Notes: generated from the letters alone by a model not told the origin. A stretch of 64,000 nucleotides of DNA from Chloroflexaceae bacterium (GCA_012033195.1 JAAUSQ010000001.1:5565-69564); one strand, 5' to 3'; positions 10,401 to 17,649 are shown, counted from the first letter of the stretch. Numbers and translations are program-made.

Positions 10401-12204
10401 GGCCCGCTTCCGTGACGAGCGCAACAGCAAGATCAAGCAGGTGGCATCGGGGCGCTTCGGTGTCACTCCGGCCTACCTTGCCAATGCTGCCGAGCTTCAG
10501 ATCAAGATGGCGCAGGGCAGCAAGCCGGGTGAGGGCGGTCAGCTTCCGGGGCACAAGGTTAGCGCCGAGATTGCCCGCATTCGCCATACCACGCCGGGGG
10601 TATCGCTGATTAGCCCGCCGCCGCACCACGATATCTATAGCATCGAAGACCTGGCACAACTGATTTACGACTTGAAGCAGGTCAATGCCGGGGCGCTGGT
10701 GTCGGTCAAGCTGGTGGCGACGGCAGGCGTGGGCACGATTGCAGCGGGGGTAGCGAAGGGCTACGCCGACTTGATCCTGATCAGCGGGCACAACGGCGGC
10801 ACGGGTGCTTCCCCGCTCAGCAGCATCAAGAATGCCGGCGTATCGTGGGAACTGGGCCTTGCCGAAACCCAGCAGACCCTGATCATCAACGGGTTGCGTG
10901 GGCGGGTACGTTTGCGTGCCGACGGTGGCTTGCAGAACGGGCGCGACGTGCTGATCGCGGCGCTGCTTGGTGCCGATGAATATTCATTTGGCACTACCGC
11001 CCTGATTGCCGAAGGGTGTTTGATGGCGCGGGCCTGCCACAACAATACCTGTCCAGTGGGCATCGCCACCCAGCGCCTCGACCTGCGCGCCAAGTTTCCT
11101 GGTACACCCGAAATGGTCATGGCCTTCTTCCGCTATGTCGCGCACGAAATCCGCGAACTGCTGGCAAGCCTGGGCCTGCGCTCGCTGGAAGAGGCGGTCG
11201 GGCGCACCGACCTGCTGCGACAGCGCACCACGGGCGTTGCCGAGGCCGATGCGCTGCGGCTGCACAAGTTGCTGGCGCTGCCGGCCAACTTTGCACAGCA
11301 GGAAATCCGGCACGCGGGCGAGCGCAACCCGCTTCCGGTCGGTGAGACGTTGAACGACCGTCTGTTGCAGGATGCACAGCCTGCCCTGGAGGGGCGCGGC
11401 TCGGTTGAACTGAATTACACCATCCGCAACTGTGAGCGGACGGTTGGGGCGCGGCTGTCGGGTGTGATCGGGCAGATGTATGGCGACCATGGCCTACCAT
11501 CTGACACCATCCGCATCAACCTGCGGGGGAGTGCAGGCCAGAGCTTCGGCGCATTTAATGCACCGGGCGTTAGCTTCCATCTGATTGGTGAAGCCAACGA
11601 CTATGTTGGTAAGGGTATGGCAGGTGGCACGATTGCTATTCACCCGTCGCGTGAGGCCGCCTATGCATGGCACGAGAATGTCATTGCAGGTAACACCATT
11701 CTGTATGGGGCGACGGGTGGCGAACTCTACCTTGCTGGACGGGTTGGCGAGCGCTTTGCCGTCCGCAACAGCGGTGCTACTGTGGTGGTCGAAGGCGTGG
11801 GCGACCACGGCTGCGAGTATATGACGGGTGGCACAGCGGTCATTTTAGGATCGACGGGCTACAACTTTGGCGCAGGTATGACCGGCGGCGTGGCCTTTGT
11901 GCTCGATGTTGAAGAGCGGCTGCCCATCCGCTACAACCGTCAGCTAGTGCAGCTTGATCGGCTAAACCAGCAGGATCAGGAGCGACTGCGCGAACTGGTG
12001 CAGCGCCACGCCGACCTGACCGGAAGCCCGCGTGCTGCCGAGATCCTGGCAAACTGGGCCGCCTATGTCCCGCTGTTCTGGCGTGTGATGCCACGAGAAA
12101 TGGTGGCCCGCATCGAGGCGCAGAACGCAGGCACCCAGGAGGGCGGCACGGCGACCTATGACGATGCCACCCACCCCGCACCGAAGGCAGCGGCAGTAGT
12201 GTAA
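7472..12204 (+). pseudogene. gltB: glutamate synthase large subunit (GltB / Fd-GOGAT-like) interrupted by one single-base frameshift (likely assembly error)
   Basis: ORFs 7472..10093 and 9871..12204. Ntn-amidotransferase start ...YEHDACGIGFV. FMN domain motifs SKPGEGGQLPG and ISGHNGGTGASP. C-terminal GXGXG domain VVEGVGDHGCEYMTGG. The frames join at the CCCC run 9885-9888 (...INACFAGTP|SPVGGIGYRELAHK...). The span is 4733 nt, one base short. No gltD follows. Confidence 0.9.
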
Positions 12205-12251
12205 AGCACAGAACAGTTGCTAGCGCCGCAAGGTTATATACTTTCCCCTGG

Positions 12252-12284
12252 CCCCCGCTCCATCATTGGAGTGGGGGGCTTTTT
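12252..12284 (+). terminator. rho-independent terminator after gltB
   Basis: 11-bp stem CCCCCGCTCCA / TGGAGTGGGGG (one G-U pair), loop TCAT, then GC and TTTTT (12280-12284). Confidence 0.75.
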
Positions 12285-12444
12285 GTATGGTGCCCGCGAA
12301 TGAGAGTATCGTTAGATCTTGTGCAAAATGCCACCGAAAGATGCCCTGATGCGTTTATAGTAGTACATACGGCATAGTTCTGGTATAGTACACGCACGGC
12401 GTTTTTGTGCAATGTGGCAATTGGTCGCAGGAAGTGAGGCGACA

Positions 12445-13632
12445 ATGGGAGACGATTTTTATGCACAACTTGAGCCAGTCGGCAATTTTCGTGACATCAC
12501 CCGGCTTGATGTGTATACCCCTGCGCCTCGCGATTGGTATGTGGTGGTGACGGACATTCGCGGCTCAACGCGTGCTATCAACGAAGGGCGCTACAAAGAG
12601 GTCAATCTGGTGGGCGCTACGCCAATTGTGGCGATCCTGAATATTGACCGCTCCATCGAACTGCCCTATATCTTTGGTGGCGATGGCGCAACGATCCTGA
12701 TTCCACCGAGCTTTGTTGAGCGGGCAAAAGGGGTGCTGGCAGCACTGATTGAAATTGCCGCCGTCGAATTTGGCTTTGATCTACGGGCCGCCATTGTGCC
12801 GATGACAGCGCTCGATGACAGCGCGTATGCTATTCTGGTGGCCAAAATCCGCACCTCCGAAAACCTGGAGCAGGCGGCATTTACGGGCGGTGGCCTAGCC
12901 TACATCGAAAAGTTGGTGAAAGATCCGTTGCAGGGGCGTGAGCTGTTGATCGAACGGGCTGCCACCGCCGCCGCAGACATGGGCGGGCTTGAATGTCGCT
13001 GGCAGGATATTCCAAGCCGCCACGGGGAAACGGTGACGCTGCTGGTGATGGCGACCGACGAGATGCCCAACCGCAGTAGCAACATCTATCGCGATGTGAT
13101 TGAGCAGATCGAGGCGGTGTATGGCATGCCCGATCAGTTCCGCCCGATTGATATTTCAACGCTGCGGCCTTCGTTCAACTTCGGCAAGCTCAGCCTGGAA
13201 ACGCGCCTGCGTGTGTCGGGGCGCTGGCTGGGACGGCTGCTCTATCTATGGAAGATCTGGATACAGAACTGGATGCTCCTGTTTCTGTGGCGCAACCGGG
13301 TTGAACTGGGCGGGGTGCAATGGGATGAGTACCTCGATCTGCTGGTTGAAACATCCGATTATCGTAAGTACGATGATACGCTGCGGATGGTACTGACAGG
13401 CAACGCAGTGCAACGGGAGGCACTGGTAGCCTATCTGGAGCAGCGCCACCAGTGCGGCGATCTGGTGTATGGCTTCTCGGTGTCCGAGAGTGCGGTGATG
13501 ACATGTGTTGTGTTTGAGCGGATGGGCCGACAGGTGCATTTTGTGGATGGTGCGGGCGGCGGGTATGCGCTGGCGGCGCGGATGCTGAAGCAGCAACTGC
13601 GCGAACTCAGCACGGCTGAGGTACTGGTATAA
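12445..13632 (+). CDS. DUF3095-like protein (family assignment from memory; predicted nucleotidyl-cyclase-like fold)
   Basis: ORF 12412..13632 trimmed to ATG 12445, which follows GGAAGTGAGG. The N-terminus FYAQLEPVGNFRDITRLDVYTPAPRDWYVVVTDIRGSTRAINEGRYKEVNLVGA resembles DUF3095 proteins. No search was possible. Confidence 0.6.
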   Translation: MGDDFYAQLEPVGNFRDITRLDVYTPAPRDWYVVVTDIRGSTRAINEGRYKEVNLVGATPIVAILNIDRSIELPYIFGGDGATILIPPSFVERAKGVLAALIEIAAVEFGFDLRAAIVPMTALDDSAYAILVAKIRTSENLEQAAFTGGGLAYIEKLVKDPLQGRELLIERAATAAADMGGLECRWQDIPSRHGETVTLLVMATDEMPNRSSNIYRDVIEQIEAVYGMPDQFRPIDISTLRPSFNFGKLSLETRLRVSGRWLGRLLYLWKIWIQNWMLLFLWRNRVELGGVQWDEYLDLLVETSDYRKYDDTLRMVLTGNAVQREALVAYLEQRHQCGDLVYGFSVSESAVMTCVVFERMGRQVHFVDGAGGGYALAARMLKQQLRELSTAEVLV

Positions 13633-13698
13633 CACAGCTTGACACCCGCTGCTAGCTCTCGTGAGATGCATTGACCTGACTATAGACCGAATGAACCC

Positions 13699-13727
13699 TT
13701 GACAACTGTACAGGGCCATGCTATAGT
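13699..13727 (+). promoter_or_regulatory. sigma70-type promoter for the HTH gene
   Basis: TTGACA (13699-13704), 17-nt spacer, TATAGT (13722-13727). The ATG follows 26 nt later. Confidence 0.6.
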
Positions 13728-13752
13728 GCCTATCAGAAAGGATAGGGAGTCT

Positions 13753-13962
13753 ATGCTACAGCGAGAACCTGTGCATCCAGGTGCCATCTATTCACGTGAA
13801 GAGGCCGCCGAAGTGCTCGGCATCAGCCTCAGTACATTAAAGCGATTGATTGTCGCAGGGCAGCTTGAAGTCAGCCGCCCCTCTAGTATTCGACGAATCT
13901 TTATCAAGGGTTCCAGCATCCTGAAAATGCTGGAAGAAACCAGATTGGAAGTTATGCGATGA
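13753..13962 (+). CDS. excisionase/MerR-type helix-turn-helix DNA-binding protein (69 aa)
   Basis: ORF 13699..13962 trimmed to ATG 13753, which has AGGGAG upstream. IYSREEAAEVLGISLSTLKRLIVAGQLEV is a typical excisionase-family HTH. Confidence 0.65.
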   Translation: MLQREPVHPGAIYSREEAAEVLGISLSTLKRLIVAGQLEVSRPSSIRRIFIKGSSILKMLEETRLEVMR

Positions 13963-14149
13963 ACCCCGGAACGGCATCTTTTTATGACGTGCTCGATACC
14001 ACAGGGCGCTGCGTTGTCTGTACCGTGCGTGGTATAGATAGCGACCCGTGCACCGCCCGTTGCTGGGATCTAGCGCCCAATAGCCAGATTCACGCCGCAG
14101 GAGGTGCTTCTGTGTAAGGGTATGCACAGAACACGGTTATTTGCCTCTG

Positions 14150-14183
14150 GCGTGAAGTGTGGGCACTTCACGCTTTTTGTTTT
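14150..14183 (+). terminator. rho-independent terminator-like hairpin plus T-tract
   Basis: Perfect 10-bp stem GCGTGAAGTG / CACTTCACGC, loop TGGG, followed by TTTTTGTTTT. Confidence 0.6.
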
Positions 14184-14207
14184 CGCTACACATAGAATGA
14201 GGTCAGC

Positions 14208-14438
14208 ATGAACAAGCTTGAGCTTGTCCTGAAGGAAGAAACACACAGCATCTACGACACAGCGACTATGGAAGCACTCTTTGCATGCATCGACCGCCTG
14301 CACGACTATGCAGCGGCAGGTCGGCTGCACGAAGTAACCACGCTGAGTACCGAGGAGCTTCAGGGCTGGCTCGAAGACTTGATTTACACGGCCCGCGAGA
14401 CACTGCACGAGATGGGCACGACACGGCGCGGACAGTAG
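14208..14438 (+). CDS. hypothetical small protein (76 aa)
   Basis: ORF with TGAGG 6 nt before the ATG. No recognisable motif. Confidence 0.4.
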   Translation: MNKLELVLKEETHSIYDTATMEALFACIDRLHDYAAAGRLHEVTTLSTEELQGWLEDLIYTARETLHEMGTTRRGQ

Positions 14439-14579
14439 GCTGCCAACAATATTGCACCATGCTCGACCGTTTCCCATACGGCCCGAGGAGTTCGGACAGT
14501 CCGTGCGATTCGGCTGTCGCGGAACTGACCAGCACCGAATCAGAACGGGGATACCAGTACGGTATCCCCCTTGTTGTAG

Positions 14580-15875
14580 CTACTCCTGCTCTGGCGCGGG
14601 CTGTGGTCGGTGGTGGTTGGCAAAGCCGAAGTTCTGCCCATTCTCGCGGTGGGTACCCGTAAAGCCGATGGGGGCCTTGCTCTCCATATGTTCGCGCAGT
14701 GCTTCAACCTGGGCCAGCATCACCTGCTCCATCGCGCTGGCCTTCCCCTGGTTGACCCAGGCCATCATTGAGGAGAGGAACAGTTCCTTCAGATAGGCAA
14801 ACGAAAAGCCGTGTGTCTGCTCTGCTACTGCTAGCAAACCCTGCTCAGGAAGCTGTAGCTCGCGCTGGAGCCGCCCATTCCACAGCGCAGTATAGGCGTG
14901 CCGCTCTGGGGTAGCAGGCAGGTCGAAGTGGTACTTGCGATCAAAACGGCTGGGTCGGTCGATAATTGCAACGTCGAGCCGCTCCGGGTGGTTGGTGGTT
15001 GCCAGCGTCACAACACCTTCGTTGCTGGCGAAGCCGTCCAGTTCATTCAGAAAGAACGAGCGGTTGTCATCGTTAATCAGCGCGTCCAAGTCTTCGAGCA
15101 CCAGCAAGCAGGGGGCCTGGTCGCGGGCACGCTGGAAGATGCGGTGAATGTTGTGATGATCGGTGCCGTACTCGGCCTTGAAACTCCGCACATACAGACA
15201 TGGCTGGTTGAGATGGTTGATCAGCGCCTTGACTGCGTGGGTCTTGCCGTTTCCTGGTGGGCCGATAAACAGAATGCCCCGCTTCCAGGGAATACCATAG
15301 TGATGGTAGGTGTCACGTGCCGCAAAAAAGCTCTCAAGGTCGGTGCGGATGTCGTGCTTGAGCGCCCCCTTAAGAATCAGGTTCTCGAAGGTAATACCCT
15401 TCAGTTCGCGGTACAACTCTTCGCTCTTACTCCAGTGCCCGTTTTCAAAGACGAGTACCTCGCCGCGCACTTCGGTGTGCCACTTGCAGACTGCCGTAAA
15501 AAAGTTGTCTGCAATCTGCTGGGTATCGGCAACAATCCAGTGATACTCGGTATTGCATCCCTCGTGGCTCCACGCGAGGCGCAACACCTTGAGCGTGTGG
15601 CCCTGCCATGTAATATTAATCCAGGCGGTATCCACCGCACGCTCAATGCGCTCGTAGGTGCTTTGCCATTCAGTGCGTACAATGCTATGTGCTTGCAGAT
15701 CGATATTGGCAGTGCAGTGCTGTGCTCCGGTATATCCCTCCAGGTAGAAGGCGTGGTCGGTGGTGGTCAGGATCGCCTTGCCTGCAAAGTGTTTGGTGAG
15801 TTGCTGTCCAACGTGATAGGCGATCAGGTTTACTGGCAGCGCCAGCGTCTCGCGGATAAATGCTGTATCTACCAT
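14580..15875 (-). CDS. AAA+ family ATPase (classic AAA clade) with an uncharacterised about 190-aa N-terminal domain
   Basis: Walker A GPPGNGKT, Walker B LLVLEDLD, second region of homology TTNHPERLDVAIIDRPSRFD. Co-oriented with and immediately downstream of the tRNA array. Confidence 0.85.
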   Translation of the reverse strand: MVDTAFIRETLALPVNLIAYHVGQQLTKHFAGKAILTTTDHAFYLEGYTGAQHCTANIDLQAHSIVRTEWQSTYERIERAVDTAWINITWQGHTLKVLRLAWSHEGCNTEYHWIVADTQQIADNFFTAVCKWHTEVRGEVLVFENGHWSKSEELYRELKGITFENLILKGALKHDIRTDLESFFAARDTYHHYGIPWKRGILFIGPPGNGKTHAVKALINHLNQPCLYVRSFKAEYGTDHHNIHRIFQRARDQAPCLLVLEDLDALINDDNRSFFLNELDGFASNEGVVTLATTNHPERLDVAIIDRPSRFDRKYHFDLPATPERHAYTALWNGRLQRELQLPEQGLLAVAEQTHGFSFAYLKELFLSSMMAWVNQGKASAMEQVMLAQVEALREHMESKAPIGFTGTHRENGQNFGFANHHRPQPAPEQE

Positions 15876-16113
15876 CTGGTTGTGTGTCCTTGCTAGGTGG
15901 TGGAAGGGGCCATGTTGCGGGCAAGCGGCAAGAGGTGGTCCCGCGCCCGCAACGGTAAGGTACCGCTTACCCGTAAAACGTTACTGCACAAACGATACTG
16001 ATGCACGCCCGCTGTGTATTCGCGCTATTGGGACTGGTTACTGGTGCAGGCATCGCATCACCTCCTCACGCTCTGATCGATTGTTTCTTCAGCTACTACT
16101 ATAACAGGAAAAC

Positions 16114-16207
16114 TGGTCAGGCCGGTCGGATTTGAACCGACACCTCCGACATGGCACGTCGGCAGGCTGCCCTTGACGCCACGACCGCTCGAACACCCTC
16201 GCGCCTG
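16114..16207 (-). tRNA. tRNA-Gly(GCC)-like, aberrant 5' half (possible pseudogene)
   Basis: The 3' part is canonical: anticodon arm CCGAC-GUGCCAU-GUCGG, T arm GUCGG-UUCAAAU-CCGAC, 3' acceptor CGGCCUG-A73-CCA. The best 5' acceptor strand (CAGGCGC) pairs only 5/7. About 38 nt occupy the place of a roughly 20-nt D region. Confidence 0.45.
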
Positions 16208-16211
16208 TCTA

Positions 16212-16286
16212 TGGTCCATCCGGCAGGTTTCGATCCTGCGACCCCCGGTGTTTCAGACCAGTGCTCTGCCGCTGAGCTACGGATGG
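16212..16286 (-). tRNA. tRNA-Phe(GAA), CCA encoded, variant T-loop
   Basis: Acceptor CCAUCCG/CGGAUGG, A73. Anticodon loop CUGAAAC. D arm GCUC-AGCGGCA-GAGC. T loop AUCGAAA (A54 instead of U54). Confidence 0.8.
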
Positions 16287-16287
16287 C

Positions 16288-16364
16288 TGGTACCCCCGGC
16301 ACGACTCGAACGTGCAACCCTCGCTGTGTAAGAGCGATGCTCTGACCAATTGAGCTACGTGGGC
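16288..16364 (-). tRNA. tRNA-Val(UAC), CCA encoded
   Basis: Acceptor GCCCACG/CGGGGGU (one A-G mismatch, one G-U), A73. Anticodon arm UCGCU-CUUACAC-AGCGA. T loop UUCGAGU. Confidence 0.8.
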
Positions 16365-16365
16365 A

Positions 16366-16442
16366 TGGTCGGACTGGCTGGACTTGAACCAGCAACCCCC
16401 TGTGTATCAGACAGATGCGCTGTCCTATTGCGCCACAGTCCG
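16366..16442 (-). tRNA. tRNA-Ile(GAU), CCA encoded
   Basis: Acceptor CGGACUG/CAGUCCG perfect (C1-G72), A73. Anticodon loop CUGAUAC. D arm GCGC-AAUAGGACA-GCGC. T loop UUCAAGU. Confidence 0.85.
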
Positions 16443-16446
16443 GCAA

Positions 16447-16523
16447 TGGTGCGCGGGAGGGGATTCGAACCCCTACTGTACGGTGTTTGAAACCGTTGCC
16501 TCTCCCAGTTGGGCTACCCTTGC
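16447..16523 (-). tRNA. class-I tRNA with Leu anticodon CAA (short 5-nt variable region), weak acceptor stem
   Basis: Anticodon arm ACGGU-UUCAAAC-ACCGU. T arm AGGGG-UUCGAAU-CCCCU. A73-CCA. Acceptor GCAAGGG/CCCGCGC has two mismatches. No long variable arm. Confidence 0.55.
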
Positions 16524-16526
16524 ACA

Positions 16527-16598
16527 TCGGTCCGGCGAGACTCGAACCCGCAACCCGTTGTATATAAGACAACCGCTCTGCCATTGAGCTACAGGCCA
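16527..16598 (-). tRNA. tRNA-Ile(UAU), the only array member without encoded CCA
   Basis: Anticodon arm GUUGU-CUUAUAU-ACAAC (perfect). D arm GCUC-AAUGGCA-GAGC. T loop UUCGAGU. Acceptor UGGCCUG/CGGACCG (one mismatch, two G-U), A73 followed by UGU. Confidence 0.65.
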
Positions 16599-16600
16599 TC

Positions 16601-16679
16601 TGGCTGGCCCGGCGGGACTCGAACCCGCACGTGGGTGACTTAGAAGGCACCTGCTCTCCTTCCATTGAGCTACGAGCCA
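16601..16679 (-). tRNA. tRNA-Arg(UCU)-like with one extra base in the anticodon stem
   Basis: Acceptor UGGCUCG/CGGGCCA, G73-CCA. D arm GCUC-AAUGGAAGGA-GAGC. Anticodon region GGUGC-CUUCUAA-G(U)CACC has a bulged U. T loop UUCGAGU. Confidence 0.6.
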
Positions 16680-16691
16680 TATTCTGGTGTG

Positions 16692-16767
16692 TGGTGCTCC
16701 CGGCGGGACTCGAACCCGCACCACACGGTGTTTAAGACCGTTGCCTCTGCCATTGGGCTACCGGAGC
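16692..16767 (-). tRNA. class-I tRNA with Leu anticodon UAA (short 5-nt variable region)
   Basis: Anticodon arm ACGGU-CUUAAAC-ACCGU (perfect). T arm GCGGG-UUCGAGU-CCCGC. A73-CCA. Acceptor GCUCCGG/CGGGAGC (one G-G mismatch). 3-bp D stem. Confidence 0.65.
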
Positions 16768-16771
16768 ACAG

Positions 16772-16858
16772 TGGTGTGTCAGGTCGGATTCGAACCGACT
16801 CAGCCAAACGGCGACGATATTACAGACCGCTGAGGCTCTCCCGCGCCCGTGCTGACAC
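16772..16858 (-). tRNA. tRNA-Tyr(GUA), class II, CCA encoded
   Basis: Acceptor GUGUCAG/CUGACAC perfect, A73. Anticodon loop CUGUAAU. 14-nt variable arm CGCCGUUUGGCUGA. T loop UUCGAAU. The D region is somewhat irregular. Confidence 0.75.
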
Positions 16859-16899
16859 ATACAATATCAATGATTCTTATTTGAACACATCTTTGCCAA

Positions 16900-16977
16900 T
16901 GGTGCCCCCGGCAGGACTCGAACCTGCACTGCACGGTGTCTGAGGCCGCTACCTCTGCCGGATTGGGTTACAGGGGC
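16900..16977 (-). tRNA. class-I tRNA with Leu anticodon CAG (short 5-nt variable region)
   Basis: Acceptor GCCCCUG/CGGGGGC, A73-CCA. Anticodon arm GCGGC-CUCAGAC-ACCGU (31-39 C-A mismatch). T arm GCAGG-UUCGAGU-CCUGC. The D arm is paralogous to those of 16447 and 16692. Confidence 0.65.
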
Positions 16978-16979
16978 AC

Positions 16980-17055
16980 TGGAACAGGAGCCTGGATTCG
17001 AACCAGGATCAGCGATATTCAGCGCATCGTGTCCTCCCATTGAGCCGACTCCTGT
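16980..17055 (-). tRNA. tRNA-like gene, anticodon probably CUG (Gln) but with a non-canonical loop (G33) and U73
   Basis: Perfect acceptor ACAGGAG/CUCCUGU and perfect T arm CCUGG-UUCGAAU-CCAGG plus CCA. Anticodon arm CGAUG-CGCUGAA-UAUCG has G at position 33. The D stem has one mismatch. Confidence 0.45.
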
Positions 17056-17056
17056 G

Positions 17057-17131
17057 TGGCTGGGGGCGAAGGACTCGAACCCTCATCAGCCGGGTCAAAG
17101 CCGGGTATCCTGCCGTTAGACGACCCCCCCA
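17057..17131 (-). tRNA. tRNA-Gln(UUG), one extra G in the 5' acceptor run
   Basis: U1-A72 and G73 as in bacterial tRNA-Gln. 3' acceptor GCCCCCA-G-CCA. The 5' strand is U followed by G7 (C7 run 17124-17130), one base too many. Anticodon loop CUUUGAC. T loop UUCGAGU. Confidence 0.7.
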
Positions 17132-17138
17132 GTATGTG

Positions 17139-17213
17139 TGGTCCCCCTGGAAGGATTTGAACCTCCAACCCTGCGGGTAAGAGCCGCCTGCGCTGCCGTT
17201 GCGCCACAGAGGG
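17139..17213 (-). tRNA. tRNA-Lys(CUU), CCA encoded
   Basis: Acceptor CCCUCUG/CAGGGGG, A73. Anticodon loop CUCUUAC. D arm GCGC-AACGGCA-GCGC. T loop UUCAAAU. Confidence 0.8.
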
Positions 17214-17216
17214 AAC

Positions 17217-17291
17217 TGGTACCGCCAGAGGGACTCGAACCCCCACCTCATCGCTTAAAAGGCGCGTGCTCTTGCCTTGAGCTACAGCGGT
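17217..17291 (-). tRNA. tRNA-Lys(UUU), weak anticodon stem
   Basis: Acceptor ACCGCUG/UGGCGGU, A73-CCA. Anticodon loop CUUUUAA on a stem with only 3 Watson-Crick pairs (CGCGC/GCGAU). D arm GCUC-AAGGCAA-GAGC. T loop UUCGAGU. Confidence 0.65.
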
Positions 17292-17292
17292 G

Positions 17293-17367
17293 TGGAGCCT
17301 CGCGCAGGAATTGAACCCGCAACCATCGCCTTACAAGAGCGTTGCTCTACCATTGAGCTAGCGAGGC
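17293..17367 (-). tRNA. tRNA-Thr(UGU), CCA encoded
   Basis: Acceptor GCCUCGC/GCGAGGC perfect, U73. Anticodon loop CUUGUAA. D arm GCUC-AAUGGUA-GAGC. T loop UUCAAUU. Confidence 0.8.
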
Positions 17368-17371
17368 ATTG

Positions 17372-17446
17372 TGGTAACGGAGGGTGGACTTGAACCACCG
17401 GCCTCCAGGATATGAACCTGTTGCGCTGCCGCTGCGCCACTCCGTC
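17372..17446 (-). tRNA. tRNA-Met(CAU), elongator type (or Ile2/lysidine substrate)
   Basis: Acceptor GACGGAG/CUCCGUU, A73-CCA. Anticodon loop UUCAUAU. Lacks the initiator GGG/CCC anticodon-stem signature and the C1-A72 mismatch. T loop UUCAAGU. Confidence 0.75.
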
Positions 17447-17455
17447 ACAGAAGGT

Positions 17456-17483
17456 GTGGCCCGCTGGAGGCGGTGCGGGCCAC
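17456..17483 (-). other. GC-rich 9-bp hairpin inside the longest intra-array spacer
   Basis: GTGGCCCGC / GCGGGCCAC perfect inverted repeat with a 10-nt loop. It lies in the 48-nt gap between tRNA-Glu and tRNA-Met. There is no U-tract. Confidence 0.5.
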
Positions 17484-17494
17484 GCGAAAGATTG

Positions 17495-17569
17495 TGGCAA
17501 CCCCGGCGGGAATTGAACCCGCGCTGCTCGCTTGAAAGACGAGCGTCCTGACCATTAGACGACGGGGCC
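17495..17569 (-). tRNA. tRNA-Glu(UUC), CCA encoded
   Basis: Acceptor GGCCCCG/CGGGGUU, G73. Anticodon loop CUUUCAA. D arm GUCU-AAUGGUCA-GGAC (Glu-like). T loop UUCAAUU. Confidence 0.8.
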
Positions 17570-17571
17570 AC

Positions 17572-17645
17572 TGGTGGATCGGCGGGGAGTTGCACCCCGA
17601 TCTCTGCGGTGCAAGCGCAGTATCCTCCGATTAGACGACCAACCC
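17572..17645 (-). tRNA. tRNA-Ala(UGC) with G3:U70, variant T-loop UGCAACU
   Basis: Acceptor GGGUUGG/CCGAUCC contains the G3:U70 alanine identity pair, A73-CCA. Anticodon arm CUGCG-CUUGCAC-CGCAG. T arm CGGGG-UGCAACU-CCCCG (G at position 55). Confidence 0.8.
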
Positions 17646-17649
17646 ACAT

